Positions 25,449 to 36,433 are shown, counted from the first letter of the stretch. The stretch: 64,000 nt of DNA from Candidatus Hadarchaeales archaeon (GCA_038851755.1 JAWCKR010000002.1:55557-119556), one strand, 5' to 3'. Numbers and translations are program-made. The notes: a model not told the origin generated them from the sequence alone.

Positions 25449-26870
25449 ATGTACGTGATCCTGGGAGCGAGCGATGTGGGACTGGAAGCAGCGGAGCGCC
25501 TGAGGAAGATGGGCAAGGAGGTGCTCTTCCTGGTCAACGATCCCAGGCAGGCCGACCTCCTCTCGGGCAGGGCCTTCAAGGCGGAGGTGTGGGATTCCTC
25601 CGCCGGTGCCCCCCCCCAGGTCCTGCAGGGAGCGGAGGTCCTCATCCTGGCTCCCCAGGATCTCTCCACGGCGGAGGAGATGCTGAAAAGGGTGAAGGGG
25701 GAGGGGAGGGGCCCCTTCCCGCCCGTTCTGGCCCTCGTGCCCGACGAGCTCTTCGGGCTGGACTTCAAGAGCATGGGGGCGGACGTGGTTCTCCCCCTCT
25801 CCCAGCTCGTGGCCGACCGGCTCCTGGCGACCCTGGAGGACCTGGAGTGTGTGAGGAGGGAGAGGGAGCTGAGGGATCTCCTCCTCTCCAGGAGGGGAAG
25901 GGGGAGGGTGCTGGTGGTCATGCAGGTCAACCCCGATCCCGACGCGCTGGCGAGCGCCGCGGCCCTGAAGAGGTACGCCAGGGCCTTCGGATTGGAGGCG
26001 GACATAGCGTGCGCCGGCGAGGTGAGCGGATACTATCAGAACAGGGTGATGAGGAACCTGCTGGAGCTGGAGCTGCTGGATCTCAAGGCGGTGGACTTTG
26101 AGAGGTACTCCCTCTGCGCCCTGGTGGACGTGTCCACTCGTTCAAACTCCGCCCTTCCGGAGGAGATCTTCCCCACCGTGGTGATAGACCACCACTCTGT
26201 ACCGGCGAGCGAGGTGCAGGGGAAGTTCAAGGACATAAGGGTCACGGGCGCGGCCTCCACCCTCCTGGCCAAGTACCTGTGGTGCGGGGGTGTGGAGGTG
26301 GATCCACCGCTGGCCGCCGCCCTGGCGCTGGGAATAGTGACGGACACCCTCTACTTCACCAGGGGGGTCACCCGCCTGGACCTCGAGGTCTTCCAGCAGC
26401 TCCTGCAGAAGGCGGACCTGGACCTCCTGAGGAGCCTGCAGTCCCCCCTTCTCTCCCAGGATGCCTTCGATTCCCTGGCCTCCGCCCTCAGGAGGGCCAA
26501 GATCGTGGGGAGCTGCTTCCTGGCCAACCTGGGGGAGGTGGGGGATCCGGAGTCCGTTCCACAGATCGCGGATTTCCTGCTCCAGAGAGAGGGGATCTTC
26601 CACTCCCTGGTGTACGGGGTGCACGAGGGGAGGGTGAGGATCTCCGCCAGGACGAAGGACAAGAGCGTCCACCTGGGCCAAATCTTCAGGGAGCTCTTTC
26701 CAGGTTTTGCGGGTGGCCACGCCAGCATGGCGGCTGGTTCCGTGCCCCTTCAGCAGCTCACGAGGGTCAGTCCCAAGGATAGGTCCTTCCGCGCGGCCCT
26801 CGACAGGGCGGTGGCCGCGCGCTTCCTGGCCAAGCTAGGCCTGGGCCCCAAGAGGGGAAGGCGGAAGTGA
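25449..26870 (+). CDS. DHH/DHHA1 phosphoesterase with N-terminal TrkA-N-like domain
   Basis: NPDPDALAS, IDHH, TDT and GGHASMAAG; N-terminal ILGASDVG. Confidence 0.88.
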   Translation: MYVILGASDVGLEAAERLRKMGKEVLFLVNDPRQADLLSGRAFKAEVWDSSAGAPPQVLQGAEVLILAPQDLSTAEEMLKRVKGEGRGPFPPVLALVPDELFGLDFKSMGADVVLPLSQLVADRLLATLEDLECVRRERELRDLLLSRRGRGRVLVVMQVNPDPDALASAAALKRYARAFGLEADIACAGEVSGYYQNRVMRNLLELELLDLKAVDFERYSLCALVDVSTRSNSALPEEIFPTVVIDHHSVPASEVQGKFKDIRVTGAASTLLAKYLWCGGVEVDPPLAAALALGIVTDTLYFTRGVTRLDLEVFQQLLQKADLDLLRSLQSPLLSQDAFDSLASALRRAKIVGSCFLANLGEVGDPESVPQIADFLLQREGIFHSLVYGVHEGRVRISARTKDKSVHLGQIFRELFPGFAGGHASMAAGSVPLQQLTRVSPKDRSFRAALDRAVAARFLAKLGLGPKRGRRK

Positions 26871-27712
26871 GCGGGGAGTACCTCAGGAGGATCCTGGAGG
26901 GAAGGCTGACCAGGGAGGAACTGGAAAAGCTCCCGAGCGGGTTTCAGAGGATAGGCCACGTGGCCGTTCTGTCCCTCCCCCGGGAACTCTGGGGAAGGAG
27001 GCGAGAAATAGGGGAGGCCCTGCTGGGCAGGAACGGGATCAGGACGGTGGCGGCCAGAACGGGTGGGGTGGAGGGAAGGGAGAGAAGGCCCAGCCTGGAG
27101 GTGGTGGCTGGGGACCCTTCCACGGTAACCCTGCACCGGGAGCACGGTTGCCTGTTCAGGCTCGATCCCCTTCGGGTGATGTTCTCCCCCGGCAACCTGC
27201 ACGAGAGGGGCAGGCTTCCCAAGCTGGTGCGACCCGGGGAGGTGGTGGTGGACCTCTTCGCCGGGGTGGGGCAGTTCTCCATCCCCCTTGCGAGGCTCGC
27301 CCGACCCTCCAGGGTGTACGCGGTGGAGCTCAACCCCGTGGCCTACGCCTACCTCTGCGAGAACGTGAGGCTGAACGGGGTGGGGGAGGTGGTGGTGCCC
27401 CTGCTGGGGGACTGCGAGGAGGTGGCCCCCAGGGGGGTGGCGGACAGGGTGATCCTGGGCATCCTGCACGTGACCCACCGCTACCTCCCCTTGGCAGGTC
27501 GGGTCCTCAAGTCCTCCGGGGGTTTTTTGCACTACCACGAAAGCGTGCCCGCCCCCCTGCAGTTCAGCCGTCCTGTGCAGAGGGTGAGGGGGGCCTTCCC
27601 AGGCAGGGAGGTGGAGATCCTGGGGGTCAGGAGGGTGAAGAAATACTCCCCGGGGGTGGTCCACGTGGTGGTGGACGCCAGGGTGGGGCCCGAGAGGGAG
27701 GCAACTTTTTAA
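26867..27712 (+). CDS. taw2: tRNA wyosine-derivative aminocarboxypropyltransferase (Trm5/TYW2 family)
   Basis: [33 protein letters not shown] and VKKYSPGV. Confidence 0.8.
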   Translation: MSGEYLRRILEGRLTREELEKLPSGFQRIGHVAVLSLPRELWGRRREIGEALLGRNGIRTVAARTGGVEGRERRPSLEVVAGDPSTVTLHREHGCLFRLDPLRVMFSPGNLHERGRLPKLVRPGEVVVDLFAGVGQFSIPLARLARPSRVYAVELNPVAYAYLCENVRLNGVGEVVVPLLGDCEEVAPRGVADRVILGILHVTHRYLPLAGRVLKSSGGFLHYHESVPAPLQFSRPVQRVRGAFPGREVEILGVRRVKKYSPGVVHVVVDARVGPEREATF

Positions 27713-27734
27713 GGCTTGGTGCGGGAGAGGGAGG

Positions 27735-27896
27735 ATGCTGAGGGTATGCAGTTCCTGTCTGCGGCCCATCGTGGCGGAGGTGGCGGTGCGCTTTTCCTGC
27801 CCCCAGTGCGGGGAAGAGGAGATCTGGAGGTGCAGGAAGTGCAGGAAGCTGAGCAACCCCTACAAGTGCTCGAAGTGCGGTTTCACCGGACCCTGA
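27735..27896 (+). CDS. Small Zn-finger protein (DUF1610/HVO_2753-like)
   Basis: Manual translation MLRVCSSC...[34 protein letters not shown]; canonical position upstream of aEF-1beta. Confidence 0.9.
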   Translation: MLRVCSSCLRPIVAEVAVRFSCPQCGEEEIWRCRKCRKLSNPYKCSKCGFTGP

Positions 27897-27905
27897 GGTG
27901 GTGAG

Positions 27906-28160
27906 ATGAGCAAGGTGGCCGTGACCATAAGGGTGATGCCTGAGGGGACCGAGGTGAACCTGGGCGAGCTGGAGAGGAGGATAAGGGAGCTGGTGCAGGT
28001 GAACTCCCTCTCCAGGGAGCCCATAGCCTTCGGGCTCGAGGCCATCCTGGTGGTGGCCACGGTCCCGGACGCCGCCGGTGGCACCGAGCCCCTGGAGAAG
28101 GCGCTGGAGTCCCTCCCTGGGGTGGGGAGCGTGCAGGTGGTGGGGATCACCCTCATCTGA
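27906..28160 (+). CDS. ef1b: Elongation factor 1-beta
   Basis: RVMPEGTEVNL...EPIAFGL...GGTE. Confidence 0.93.
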   Translation: MSKVAVTIRVMPEGTEVNLGELERRIRELVQVNSLSREPIAFGLEAILVVATVPDAAGGTEPLEKALESLPGVGSVQVVGITLI

Positions 28161-28169
28161 GGTGAGAAG

Positions 28170-28820
28170 CTGAAGCTCGATCCCAAGGTGAGTTCCCTTT
28201 ACCCTGGCTTCCTGGCAGGGTGCGTGACGGTCACGGGCCTCACCGTGGAGACCTCGGTGGAGGCGCTCGAGGAGAAGAAGAGGGAGGTGGTGGAGGCGTG
28301 CAGGGCGAAGGGCGAGGCCCTCCTCGGGGAGCTCTCTCCTTACGTGGAGTTCCTGAAGCGCATGGGCGCGGAAGGGGCCTCCTTCCCCCTGAGACTCTGG
28401 GTGGAGAAGGCGGTGAAGGGGGAGTTCCCCGGCAGGAACAACAACGTGCTGGACTCCTGTGCCCTGGCTTCCCTCGAGCACCTGGTCCCGCTCAGCCCCT
28501 TCGACCTCCTGAAGGTGAAGGGGGAGGCGGAGGTCACCCTCTCCCCGGGGGACAAGACCCTCACCCTGCCGGATGGCTCCAAGGTCTCTCCTCCTCCCAC
28601 CGAGGTCGTGCTCAGGGACCAGGACAAGCTCCTCGCCTCCTACGGGAGGGGGGAGGGGACCGGCGCCAGGGTGGGCTTCGAGACCTCCGGTGCGGTCTTC
28701 GTGGCCTGGAACGCCCCTGGGGTGCCCCGCGAGAGGGTGGAGGCGGCCCTCAGGGCGGTGGCCACCTATGCCCGAAGGTACTGCGGGGGCCATGTGGAGA
28801 AGACGGAAATCCTGGGTTGA
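28170..28820 (+). CDS. B3/4 (PheRS beta editing-like) domain protein
   Basis: NNVLDSCALASLEHLVPLSPFDL and EVVLRDQDK; likely CTG start after GAGGTGA. Confidence 0.72.
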   Translation: MKLDPKVSSLYPGFLAGCVTVTGLTVETSVEALEEKKREVVEACRAKGEALLGELSPYVEFLKRMGAEGASFPLRLWVEKAVKGEFPGRNNNVLDSCALASLEHLVPLSPFDLLKVKGEAEVTLSPGDKTLTLPDGSKVSPPPTEVVLRDQDKLLASYGRGEGTGARVGFETSGAVFVAWNAPGVPRERVEAALRAVATYARRYCGGHVEKTEILG

Positions 28821-28868
28821 CCCTTCCACTTCCCCCTCCGGCGGCGCCGTGGTTTTCCGGTTCTTCCC

Positions 28869-29567
28869 TCAGAGGACGAGGGGGAGGTCGGGGTCCAGCA
28901 GGACTATCCTGGAGGTGCCGGGCAGGAAAAGGATGTTGGCTCCCCTCATGAGCACACCCCTTTTCCCGGCCTCCACCATCAGCCCGTAGAGCTCCGGGTC
29001 GGCCTGGGGGTTGGGCGTCACGCCCTTCACCCCCCAGAGGCTCGTGATGAAGAAGAGCGCACCCTTCCCACCTCTCTTCGAGAGTTCGATCAGTTCCTTC
29101 ACGTGCCTCCTTCCCCTTTCCGTGGGACAGTCGGGATAGGAGGCGAGGTCGCCTGAGCGCAGGACGGCGCTCTTCAGCTCGACCACCAGAGGTTCACCGT
29201 TCTTTACCAGTTCGTAGTCCAGCACGGACCTCCCCACCCTCACATTTCTCCTGCGCACCCTGTAGTGCCGGAGGGAGGGCAGGAGGCCCCTCGAGAGGGC
29301 CTCTTCGAAGGCCCTGCCCTGAAGGCGCGTGTCTATCACGCTTCCCCCCCTTTCCTCTTCCACGGCGAAAAGCCGGTGGGGGAGCCTCCCCCGGCCGGGC
29401 AGGCAGTAGCCCTTCCTCCCTCTCTGCACCAGTTCCTCCAGTCTTCCCGTGTTGTTGAGGGAGGCCCTGGCCCTCTTTCCCCCTGTCCTCACCTCCACCG
29501 TGAAACGGTTGACCCTCTCCAGGATCAGGCATTCGGAAACCCCTTCCAGCTCGAAGAGTTCTGTCAA
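28869..29567 (-). CDS. sfsA: DNA/RNA nuclease SfsA
   Basis: RVNRF, NTGRL, VELKS and YPDCPTERGRRHVKEL. Confidence 0.92.
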   Translation of the reverse strand: MTELFELEGVSECLILERVNRFTVEVRTGGKRARASLNNTGRLEELVQRGRKGYCLPGRGRLPHRLFAVEEERGGSVIDTRLQGRAFEEALSRGLLPSLRHYRVRRRNVRVGRSVLDYELVKNGEPLVVELKSAVLRSGDLASYPDCPTERGRRHVKELIELSKRGGKGALFFITSLWGVKGVTPNPQADPELYGLMVEAGKRGVLMRGANILFLPGTSRIVLLDPDLPLVL

Positions 29568-29571
29568 GCGG

Positions 29572-29904
29572 CTATTTCTTCAGCCTCAGGATGGCTTCGG
29601 CCAGGTCCCCTCCCGTCCTCTTCAGCTCCTCCCTGGCCTCCTGTTCGCTCGCCCCCGTCTGCTCCATCACCAGCCTCACGTCCTCCTCCGGCACGATCCT
29701 CTCCCTCCTCTCCCCCTCGCCCGAGATCTGGTAGGTGCGCTGCCCGCCCACCTCGGTGAGGAGGACGCTGGGGGCCGGGAGGATGATCTCCTCCCCCTTC
29801 AGCCTTATCCTGACCTCCTCCACCCCCTCGAGCTCCGTGGTCTTCATCCCCATCTGGCGCATGAGCCTCTCCAGCTGTCTGCGGTCCAGCTTTCTAGGGA
29901 ACAC
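29572..29904 (-). CDS. nac: Nascent polypeptide-associated complex protein
   Basis: MRQMGM...EDVRLVMEQTG...GDLAEAI (UBA domain). Confidence 0.93.
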   Translation of the reverse strand: MFPRKLDRRQLERLMRQMGMKTTELEGVEEVRIRLKGEEIILPAPSVLLTEVGGQRTYQISGEGERRERIVPEEDVRLVMEQTGASEQEAREELKRTGGDLAEAILRLKK

Positions 29905-30379
29905 CTTTTCCCCCCATTCCCCACCTCACCTTCACCGCCTTCCCGTGCTTAAACGCTTTCATTTCTTCTCCGCTCAGGAGGGCCGTTCCTGTGGCCAGGA
30001 GCCTGCCGGAGGGGTCCACCACCAGGACCTCTTCCCTGGGCCTGATCCCCGGGTCCGCCTCCAGCACGTGCTTGGCGAAGACGGTCCTTCCCCTTTCCAC
30101 CTCCCCGGCCACCTTTCCCGTCACAGTCACCCTCAGCCTCCCCGGAGGGAGGATGCGATGGAGGATCCTGGCCCCCTCGCGGTGGGGGAGGAGGAAACCG
30201 TCGGTGGCCCTCACCGAGCAGAGGGGGGTCCCTCCCCTCCACACCTGCCTGATCCTTCCGCCGCTGACCACCACGGTGAGACCGGAGGGAAAGAGGTGCG
30301 CACCCGTTCCCCTTCCGAACTGGTAGTCGGCCACGGCCCTGAGCTTGAGGAGTTCGCGGGAAGTGGGTTCCCTTATCAT
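29894..30379 (-). CDS. PUA-domain protein (archaeosine TGT C-terminal-like)
   Basis: ADYQFGRG, GRTVFAKHV, DPGIRPREEVLVV and AVKVR. Confidence 0.85.
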   Translation of the reverse strand: MIREPTSRELLKLRAVADYQFGRGTGAHLFPSGLTVVVSGGRIRQVWRGGTPLCSVRATDGFLLPHREGARILHRILPPGRLRVTVTGKVAGEVERGRTVFAKHVLEADPGIRPREEVLVVDPSGRLLATGTALLSGEEMKAFKHGKAVKVRWGMGGKGVP

Positions 30380-30390
30380 CCGCCTGACCC

Positions 30391-31104
30391 TCAGATGTAG
30401 GGGCTCTCTCCGGAAGACTCGGGCTCTGGGGGAAGCCTCAGGTCGGGGAGTTCGGAGGCGTACCTGTCCAGGTTCTCCACCCTCAGACCGAGTCCGTAGA
30501 CCTCCGAGAGAAGACGCAGGATGTGGGAGGAGGCCTCCAGGTCCAGCATTCCCCCGTGCGTGGCGCCCATCAGGCATATCCCCTCCCAGCCCCGGAGGGC
30601 CGCCAGCCCCACCAGCAGCCCGTTCATGCCCACGATCATACCCCCGTCCAGCGCCACGGCCCCCTTCTCCCAGAACTCCTTGAAGGCCCGTGGGTTGGTG
30701 GCGGCGGCGAACACCCCCTTCTTCCTCTCCTGGGGGGGGAGGACGTAGGCCGCCATCGTTATCACCGTGTTCACGCCGTAGCCCTTCACGGTGTCCAGCA
30801 GCTGGTCGGAGAGCTTGTACTGCCCGAAGGGGGAGATGGCCTGGGCGTCGGAGGTTGCCAGGATCAGGTTCTTCCCCCCCGCCCTGGCCCGGTAGAGCCT
30901 TATCCTGAAGGCGCTCACCCCGCTGCCCTCCCTGATCACCCACTCGGGGAGGTGGGAGGAATAGACCTCCATGAAGGTTTTGGCCCTGAGCTCATGGATG
31001 AGGAACTCGGCCGAGACCCTTCCCACGTTGGCTATTCCCGGGAAGCCCGCGATCAGGAGGGGTGCCTTGAAGGTCCGTTGGTCCAGTCGGTTCAGGAGGA
31101 GCAT
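30391..31104 (-). CDS. PAC2 family proteasome assembly chaperone
   Basis: IAGFPGIANVG and GMIVGMNGLL...GICLMGAT. Confidence 0.88.
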   Translation of the reverse strand: MLLLNRLDQRTFKAPLLIAGFPGIANVGRVSAEFLIHELRAKTFMEVYSSHLPEWVIREGSGVSAFRIRLYRARAGGKNLILATSDAQAISPFGQYKLSDQLLDTVKGYGVNTVITMAAYVLPPQERKKGVFAAATNPRAFKEFWEKGAVALDGGMIVGMNGLLVGLAALRGWEGICLMGATHGGMLDLEASSHILRLLSEVYGLGLRVENLDRYASELPDLRLPPEPESSGESPYI

Positions 31105-31185
31105 CCTCCTTCCTCGTCCTCCCCGGATTTATACGGGTGGGGTTCGCGGGATAGGGATATGAGGGGAGGGGTCCTGGAGGTATGG

Positions 31186-32142
31186 ATGGATACTGTCCAG
31201 GTGGGGGAGGGGGAGATCTCGGTGCAGCCCCTCGCCTTCGAGAGCCTGGGGGTGAGGGGGATGGCCCTCCACGTGAGAACGGAGGACCTGGGAATGGTGC
31301 TGGACCCAGGCTCCTGTCTGGGCCCGAGGTTCGGCCTCACCCCCCACCGGAGGGAGTACCGGGCCCTCTCCTCCTCCCGGGAGCTCATCCAGAGGGCGGC
31401 GAGGAGGGCCGAGGTCCTGACGGTGAGCCACTTCCACTACGACCACTACCTGCCGGCGTTCGAGAACTGGCTCTGGCTCTGGAGCTCCCCCTCGCTGGCG
31501 GAGAGGCTCTACAGGGGGAAGATGGTCCTGATGAAGGATTTCTCCTCCAGCATCACTCCCTCCCAGAGGAAGAGGGGATACCTCCTGAAGAAGTTCTGCT
31601 CGGGGCTGGCCAGGGAGGTCCAGGTGGCCGACGGGCGGAAGTTCAGGTTCGGGGGCACCGAGCTCGAGTTCTCAAATCCCGTCCCCCATGGCAGGGAAGG
31701 GTCCAGGGGAGGGTGCGTGCTCATGCTCTCCGTGAGGGCGGGGGATTGCTGCCTGGTCCACGCCCCCGACGTGCAGGGGCTCCTCTCACCCTCTTCCCTC
31801 TCCTTCATCCTGAGGAGGGAGCCCCGGATGGTGGTGGTGGGGGGGCCACCCCTCTACCTGAAGGGTTTCGGGGTGGGGCAGGGGGAGCTCGAGGAGGCGA
31901 GGGAGACCCTGAGGAGGCTGGTCAGGAAGGTACCCCTCGTGGTGGTGGATCATCACCTGCTTCGCTCGCTGGACTACGCCGAGTACCTTTCCCCCCTCAG
32001 GAAGGAAGCGGAAGGGAGAGGGCACAGGCTCTGCACGGCGGCAGAGCTCTTGGGGAGAGAACCCGAGCCGCTGGAGGCCAGGAGGAGGGAGCTTTATGGC
32101 TTGGAGCCAGAGGCGGGTCAGCCTCCCTCAAGCCCTTCGTAG
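31186..32142 (+). CDS. UPF0282-like metallo-beta-lactamase fold protein
   Basis: LAFESLGVRGMA, DPG, SHFHYDH, VPHG, DVQG and DHHLLR; start could be 31159 or 31186. Confidence 0.85.
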   Translation: MDTVQVGEGEISVQPLAFESLGVRGMALHVRTEDLGMVLDPGSCLGPRFGLTPHRREYRALSSSRELIQRAARRAEVLTVSHFHYDHYLPAFENWLWLWSSPSLAERLYRGKMVLMKDFSSSITPSQRKRGYLLKKFCSGLAREVQVADGRKFRFGGTELEFSNPVPHGREGSRGGCVLMLSVRAGDCCLVHAPDVQGLLSPSSLSFILRREPRMVVVGGPPLYLKGFGVGQGELEEARETLRRLVRKVPLVVVDHHLLRSLDYAEYLSPLRKEAEGRGHRLCTAAELLGREPEPLEARRRELYGLEPEAGQPPSSPS

Positions 32143-32963
32143 AGCTTCCTGTACGCCCTCCTGATCTCCCTCTCCCACTCCTTCCCCCGCTTCTCCAGGA
32201 TCCTTCGGAGCCCCTCCGCCCTCCCGGAGGAGAGCTCTTCGTGGAGGCTACGCATCACCTCCACCAGCTCCTCGCGGGCTCTCCTGGAGTGGGGGTTCAG
32301 GAGCTGGATCTCTCCGCAGAGGGAGGGGTCGGAGGCCAGGGAGGCCCTCACCAGTTGCAGAAGGGAGGAGAAGAGGGGCGTGGAGACCTCTTCCTCGAAC
32401 CTCAGCTTTCCCAGGGTCTCCGCGCAGGAGAGGAGGACGAAGTGGGTGAGGGCCTGGACGACGGCCATCATCCTGTCGTGTTCCTCTCCGCCCATCTCCA
32501 CCACCCTGGCCCCCCTGGAGCGGAGGAAGCGGAGGAAGTCCCTGTACTTCCTCCCCACCCTCACGGGTACGGAGACCACCGTCTTGTCCTTCAGGTTCCT
32601 GGCGCCGGGTCCGAAGAGGGGATGGAGGGAGGCCAGCTCCGGACCCTTCCTGAGGCTCCTCATGGTGCGCACCACCTCCCCCTTCACGGAGGCGATGTCC
32701 ATCAGGAGCTTTCCTTCCCCCGCCACCCCCGAGAGCTCCCTCACGACCTCGGGGGTCCTGGAGATGGGCACCGCCACCAGCAGGACCTCGCTCTTCTCCC
32801 CCAGCTCCCTCAGCGTGCCCACCGCTTGCCCCCCGACCCTCCTGGCGACCCTCCTGGCCCTTTCCGGCAGGAGGTCGAAGAGGTAGACCTCCCATCCCTC
32901 CGTTCGTGCGAGGGAGGCGAACCAGGACCCCATGACCCCCGCCCCCGCTATCCCCAGCTTCAT
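32118..32963 (-). CDS. tyrA: Prephenate dehydrogenase
   Basis: GAGVMG, DIASVK, HPLFGP and HDRMMAVVQALTH. Confidence 0.92.
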   Translation of the reverse strand: MKLGIAGAGVMGSWFASLARTEGWEVYLFDLLPERARRVARRVGGQAVGTLRELGEKSEVLLVAVPISRTPEVVRELSGVAGEGKLLMDIASVKGEVVRTMRSLRKGPELASLHPLFGPGARNLKDKTVVSVPVRVGRKYRDFLRFLRSRGARVVEMGGEEHDRMMAVVQALTHFVLLSCAETLGKLRFEEEVSTPLFSSLLQLVRASLASDPSLCGEIQLLNPHSRRAREELVEVMRSLHEELSSGRAEGLRRILEKRGKEWEREIRRAYRKLYEGLEGG

Positions 32964-33805
32964 CCCTTCACCCCCTGCAGGGCCCTCCTCATGACCTGCA
33001 GCGGGGCCCTCCTTCCCGTGAAGATGGTGAAGGAAAGGGCCGCCTGGTGGAGCAGCATCCCAAGCCCGTTTTCCCCCCTGGCCCCTGCCTTCCTGGCCTC
33101 CCTCATGAGCCTGGTCTCCGGGGGATGGTAGACCAGATCCATGACGAAGAGGTCAGGATGCATGAGGTCGTGGGTCACCAGCGTTCCGCCCCTTTCGTCC
33201 ATTCCCACGGGCGTGGCGTTGATGAGGAGGTCGGCGGAGGAGAGGGCCTCCCTCAGCTCCCCCCTCCCCAGTCCCCCCCAGGAGACCTTCCCGAGTCCCC
33301 TCTCGTGGAGCTCGGAGGCCAGCCTCCTGGCTTTCCGGGGCGTCCGGTTGAGGAGGGTGAGCTCCACTCCCTCTCTCAGGAGGGAGAAGGCGATGGCCCT
33401 GGCCGCTCCCCCGGCGCCCAGCATCACCGCCTTTCTTCCCTTCAGGGAGCCAAGCTTCTCCCTGAGGGACCTCACGGCACCCTCCCCGTCCGTGTTGAAC
33501 CCCACCAGCCTTCCCCCCTCGTTCTTCACGGTGTTGACCGCCCCCACCTCCCTGGCGGAGGGATCCAGCTCGTCGAGGAGGGGGAGGATGGCCGTCTTGT
33601 GTGGGAAGGTCACGTTCAGACCCCCCATGCCCATGGCCCTCACCCCGAGCACGGCTTCCTTCAGCAGGTGGGGGGGCACCCTGAAGGCGACGTAGAGGCA
33701 GTCCAGCCCAAGGTGCCTGAAGGCGGCGTTGTGCATGGCAGGGGAGAGGCTCCCCTCCACCGGGTCCCCGATGAGGGCGAAGACCTTGGTGCGGGCCGAG
33801 ATCAT
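32960..33805 (-). CDS. aroE: Shikimate dehydrogenase
   Basis: SLSPAMHN, NVTFPHK, GAVNT, NTDG, GAGGAARA and NATPVGM. Confidence 0.95.
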   Translation of the reverse strand: MISARTKVFALIGDPVEGSLSPAMHNAAFRHLGLDCLYVAFRVPPHLLKEAVLGVRAMGMGGLNVTFPHKTAILPLLDELDPSAREVGAVNTVKNEGGRLVGFNTDGEGAVRSLREKLGSLKGRKAVMLGAGGAARAIAFSLLREGVELTLLNRTPRKARRLASELHERGLGKVSWGGLGRGELREALSSADLLINATPVGMDERGGTLVTHDLMHPDLFVMDLVYHPPETRLMREARKAGARGENGLGMLLHQAALSFTIFTGRRAPLQVMRRALQGVKG

Positions 33806-34524
33806 CTCCTCACCCTCTCCAGCAGGAGCCTGGTGGTTTTCACGTCCAGCTGCCCTGGGGCCGTCGGTTTCCCCGCCGAGGCGTACACCAGGGGGGAGCC
33901 GAGGAGGGCGGAGAGGATCCTGCTCAGGGTCCCGAGCTCCCCCATGGCGAAGGAGACCAGGGGTACGGAGAGCCTGGCCCGGTGCAGGAACTCCAGCACT
34001 CTGAGGACCTCCTCCGTGCTCCTGGCCAGCGTGACCACCTTGACCAGGTCCCCCAGCCTCTCCATCCGTCTGGCGGTCCGCAGGAGGTGCGGAAGGGGTG
34101 GAGTGCCGGAGAACTCGTGGTGGGAGAGGATCACGGTTGTTCCTTCCTTCCTCGCCTTCGAGAGGGCCCTGCGCAGCAGGCGTGGAGGAGTGGAGAGCTC
34201 CAGATCGATGCATGGAACCCCGCGCTCCACCCCCTCCAGCAGCCTCTCCACCCTTTCCTCCTCCCCGCCCCTGAAGCCCCCTCCTTCCCTCTCGGGGCGG
34301 TGGGTGAGGATGACGGGCAGCCTCCCGCCCAGCAGCCTGTCCCAGTCAGGCGGGTCCTTCAGCCCGTCCAGCCTCAGCTCCAGCAGGTCGGCTCCCAACC
34401 TCTCGGCTTTCCTCTTCACCCTCTCCATCCCCTCCAGGGTGGACTCCATCACGGAGCCGCACACGGCGGGGGTCCTGATCCTCCTATCCCCCAGCCGCAG
34501 GACTCCAGAGGTCAGGTCCCTCAC
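33802..34524 (-). CDS. aroD: Type I 3-dehydroquinate dehydratase
   Basis: ELRLD, ILTHRPEREGG, DLEL, SHH, AMGELG and APGQ. Confidence 0.92.
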   Translation of the reverse strand: MRDLTSGVLRLGDRRIRTPAVCGSVMESTLEGMERVKRKAERLGADLLELRLDGLKDPPDWDRLLGGRLPVILTHRPEREGGGFRGGEEERVERLLEGVERGVPCIDLELSTPPRLLRRALSKARKEGTTVILSHHEFSGTPPLPHLLRTARRMERLGDLVKVVTLARSTEEVLRVLEFLHRARLSVPLVSFAMGELGTLSRILSALLGSPLVYASAGKPTAPGQLDVKTTRLLLERVRR

Positions 34525-35636
34525 CTCTCGATCACGGACTCTTCCACGGCCATGCCGAAGTGCCTCCCCTTTCCGGAGAGGTGCACGAGGACCTCGTCCC
34601 CCTCCTTCAGCCTCGTCACGGGGAGGGGCTTGCCGTCCCTGCTGACCAGGTTGATCGTCTCCGCGTTCTGGAGCACCACCTTCAGGCTCCTCTCCCCCGC
34701 CACCGCCTCCACCAGCAGAAGCGGCCTCCTCTCTATCTTGACCCTCCCCACCACCTCCGGCCTGGCCCTTCCCGAGGTGTCCACGACCAGCACCTCCTCC
34801 CCCGAGGAGAGTTCGGAGAGGTACCTGGTCTTCCCGCCGGGAACCATGATGTACGCGTGGACCGCCCCGGCGTTCACCCTGAAGGGACGGGTCTCCACGA
34901 ATTCGCTCCTCAGGGTCTCGGAGTGCACCAGGAACATCCCCTCTGCCTGGCTTCCCACCAGCATCCCCTCGCCCTCCCTCAGGAGGGAGCAGGTGTCCAC
35001 GCACGCCCTGTCCCCCGAGCCCACCGCCTTCACCCTCACCACCCTGGCGGGGACGAGCTCCACCTTCCCGGCCCCCCTGCTGCGGATCAACTCCCCCGTT
35101 CGCCTGACCTCCTCGGGACCCGTGGCCTCCAGGAGCACCCCGTCCGCCCCCAGCTCCAGCGTCTCGAGCGCCACCCTGGTCTCCTCGGCACCCCTGACCA
35201 GCGCCAGCAGCTTCCCCCCCTTCCTGTGGAGGGCAGCGATCAGGTTCTCCAGGGGTATGATCTTCCAGTCCTTCCCCCACACCACCACGTAGTCCGCCCA
35301 GCCCGCCGCTTTAACGGCGGCCTGCTCCATCTCCTTGTCCCTCACCTCCACCAGCACGGCGGCCTCCTTCCCCAGCTTCCTGGCTTCCGCCGCCAGCCTC
35401 TCCACCGCCGCCAGCTCCGCGGGGGAGGAGAGTCTGCCCAGGAGGATGTCCACCTGCGGGGAGGAGTCCTCCGAGACGATCTTGACCACACCCCTTTCCC
35501 TGACCCTCTCCGCTTCCTTTCCCGGGACCAGCAGGGCCTCCGCCCCCGCCTCGAGGGCCGCGGAGAGGAGGGAACGGTCCACGCTTCCCCCCCTTTCCGC
35601 CCTGACCCAGAAGAGCTTGCGGTTCAAACCCTTCAC
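34521..35636 (-). CDS. aroB': 3-dehydroquinate synthase II (archaeal)
   Basis: [41 protein letters not shown] and GRHFG. Confidence 0.95.
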   Translation of the reverse strand: MKGLNRKLFWVRAERGGSVDRSLLSAALEAGAEALLVPGKEAERVRERGVVKIVSEDSSPQVDILLGRLSSPAELAAVERLAAEARKLGKEAAVLVEVRDKEMEQAAVKAAGWADYVVVWGKDWKIIPLENLIAALHRKGGKLLALVRGAEETRVALETLELGADGVLLEATGPEEVRRTGELIRSRGAGKVELVPARVVRVKAVGSGDRACVDTCSLLREGEGMLVGSQAEGMFLVHSETLRSEFVETRPFRVNAGAVHAYIMVPGGKTRYLSELSSGEEVLVVDTSGRARPEVVGRVKIERRPLLLVEAVAGERSLKVVLQNAETINLVSRDGKPLPVTRLKEGDEVLVHLSGKGRHFGMAVEESVIER

Positions 35637-36433
35637 CGCTTCAGTTCTTCCAGCGCCTCTTCCACCGACCAGTTCTCGTGCACGATCCTGCTGAGGGCCC
35701 TCACCATCCCCACCGGGTTGGGGTGCTGGAAGACGTTCCTCCCTATGGAGACGCCTATGGCCCCCGCCTCGATGGCATCCCTGGCCAGCCTGAGCACGTC
35801 AGCTTCCGTCTCCAGCCTGGGGCCGCCCGCTATCACCACGGGAACGGGACATCCCCTCACCACCTTCCGGAAGGAAGCGATGTCACCGGTGTAAACCGTC
35901 TTCACGATGTCCGCCCCCAGCTCCGCCCCCACCCTGGCGGCGTGGGCCACGGCTGCGGGGTCGTGCTCGCTCTTCACCTTCGGCCCCCTGGGGTACATCA
36001 TGGCGAAGAGGGGCATGCCCCAGAGTTCGCAGGTCTTCGCCACCTCTCCCAGGTGGGCCAGCTGCTCCTGCTCGTTCTCCGCCCCCACGTTGATGTGCAC
36101 GGAGACCCCGTCGGCCCCCAGTCTTATCGCCTCCTCCACCGTGGCCACCGGGACCTTGCAGTTGGGGTTGGGCCCCAGGGAGGTGCTCCCGGAGAGGTGG
36201 ATGAGGAGGCCTATGTCTCTCCCGTACCCCCTGTGCCCTGCCCTCACTATCCCCTTGTGCAGGACCACCGCGTTGGCCCCTCCCCTCGCCACCTTGTCTA
36301 TGGTCTCCTCCATGTTCTCCAAGCCCTGGAGGGGTCCCATGGTGAGGCCGTGGTCCATGGGCACGATGACCGTCCGCTTGGTCTTGCGGTCGATGATCCG
36401 CTCCAGCCTTATGCGCTTCCCCACGAGCGACAT
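35633..36433 (-). CDS. aroA': 2-amino-3,7-dideoxy-D-threo-hept-6-ulosonate synthase
   Basis: [27 protein letters not shown] and GRNVFQH; adjacent to aroB'. Confidence 0.93.
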   Translation of the reverse strand: MSLVGKRIRLERIIDRKTKRTVIVPMDHGLTMGPLQGLENMEETIDKVARGGANAVVLHKGIVRAGHRGYGRDIGLLIHLSGSTSLGPNPNCKVPVATVEEAIRLGADGVSVHINVGAENEQEQLAHLGEVAKTCELWGMPLFAMMYPRGPKVKSEHDPAAVAHAARVGAELGADIVKTVYTGDIASFRKVVRGCPVPVVIAGGPRLETEADVLRLARDAIEAGAIGVSIGRNVFQHPNPVGMVRALSRIVHENWSVEEALEELKR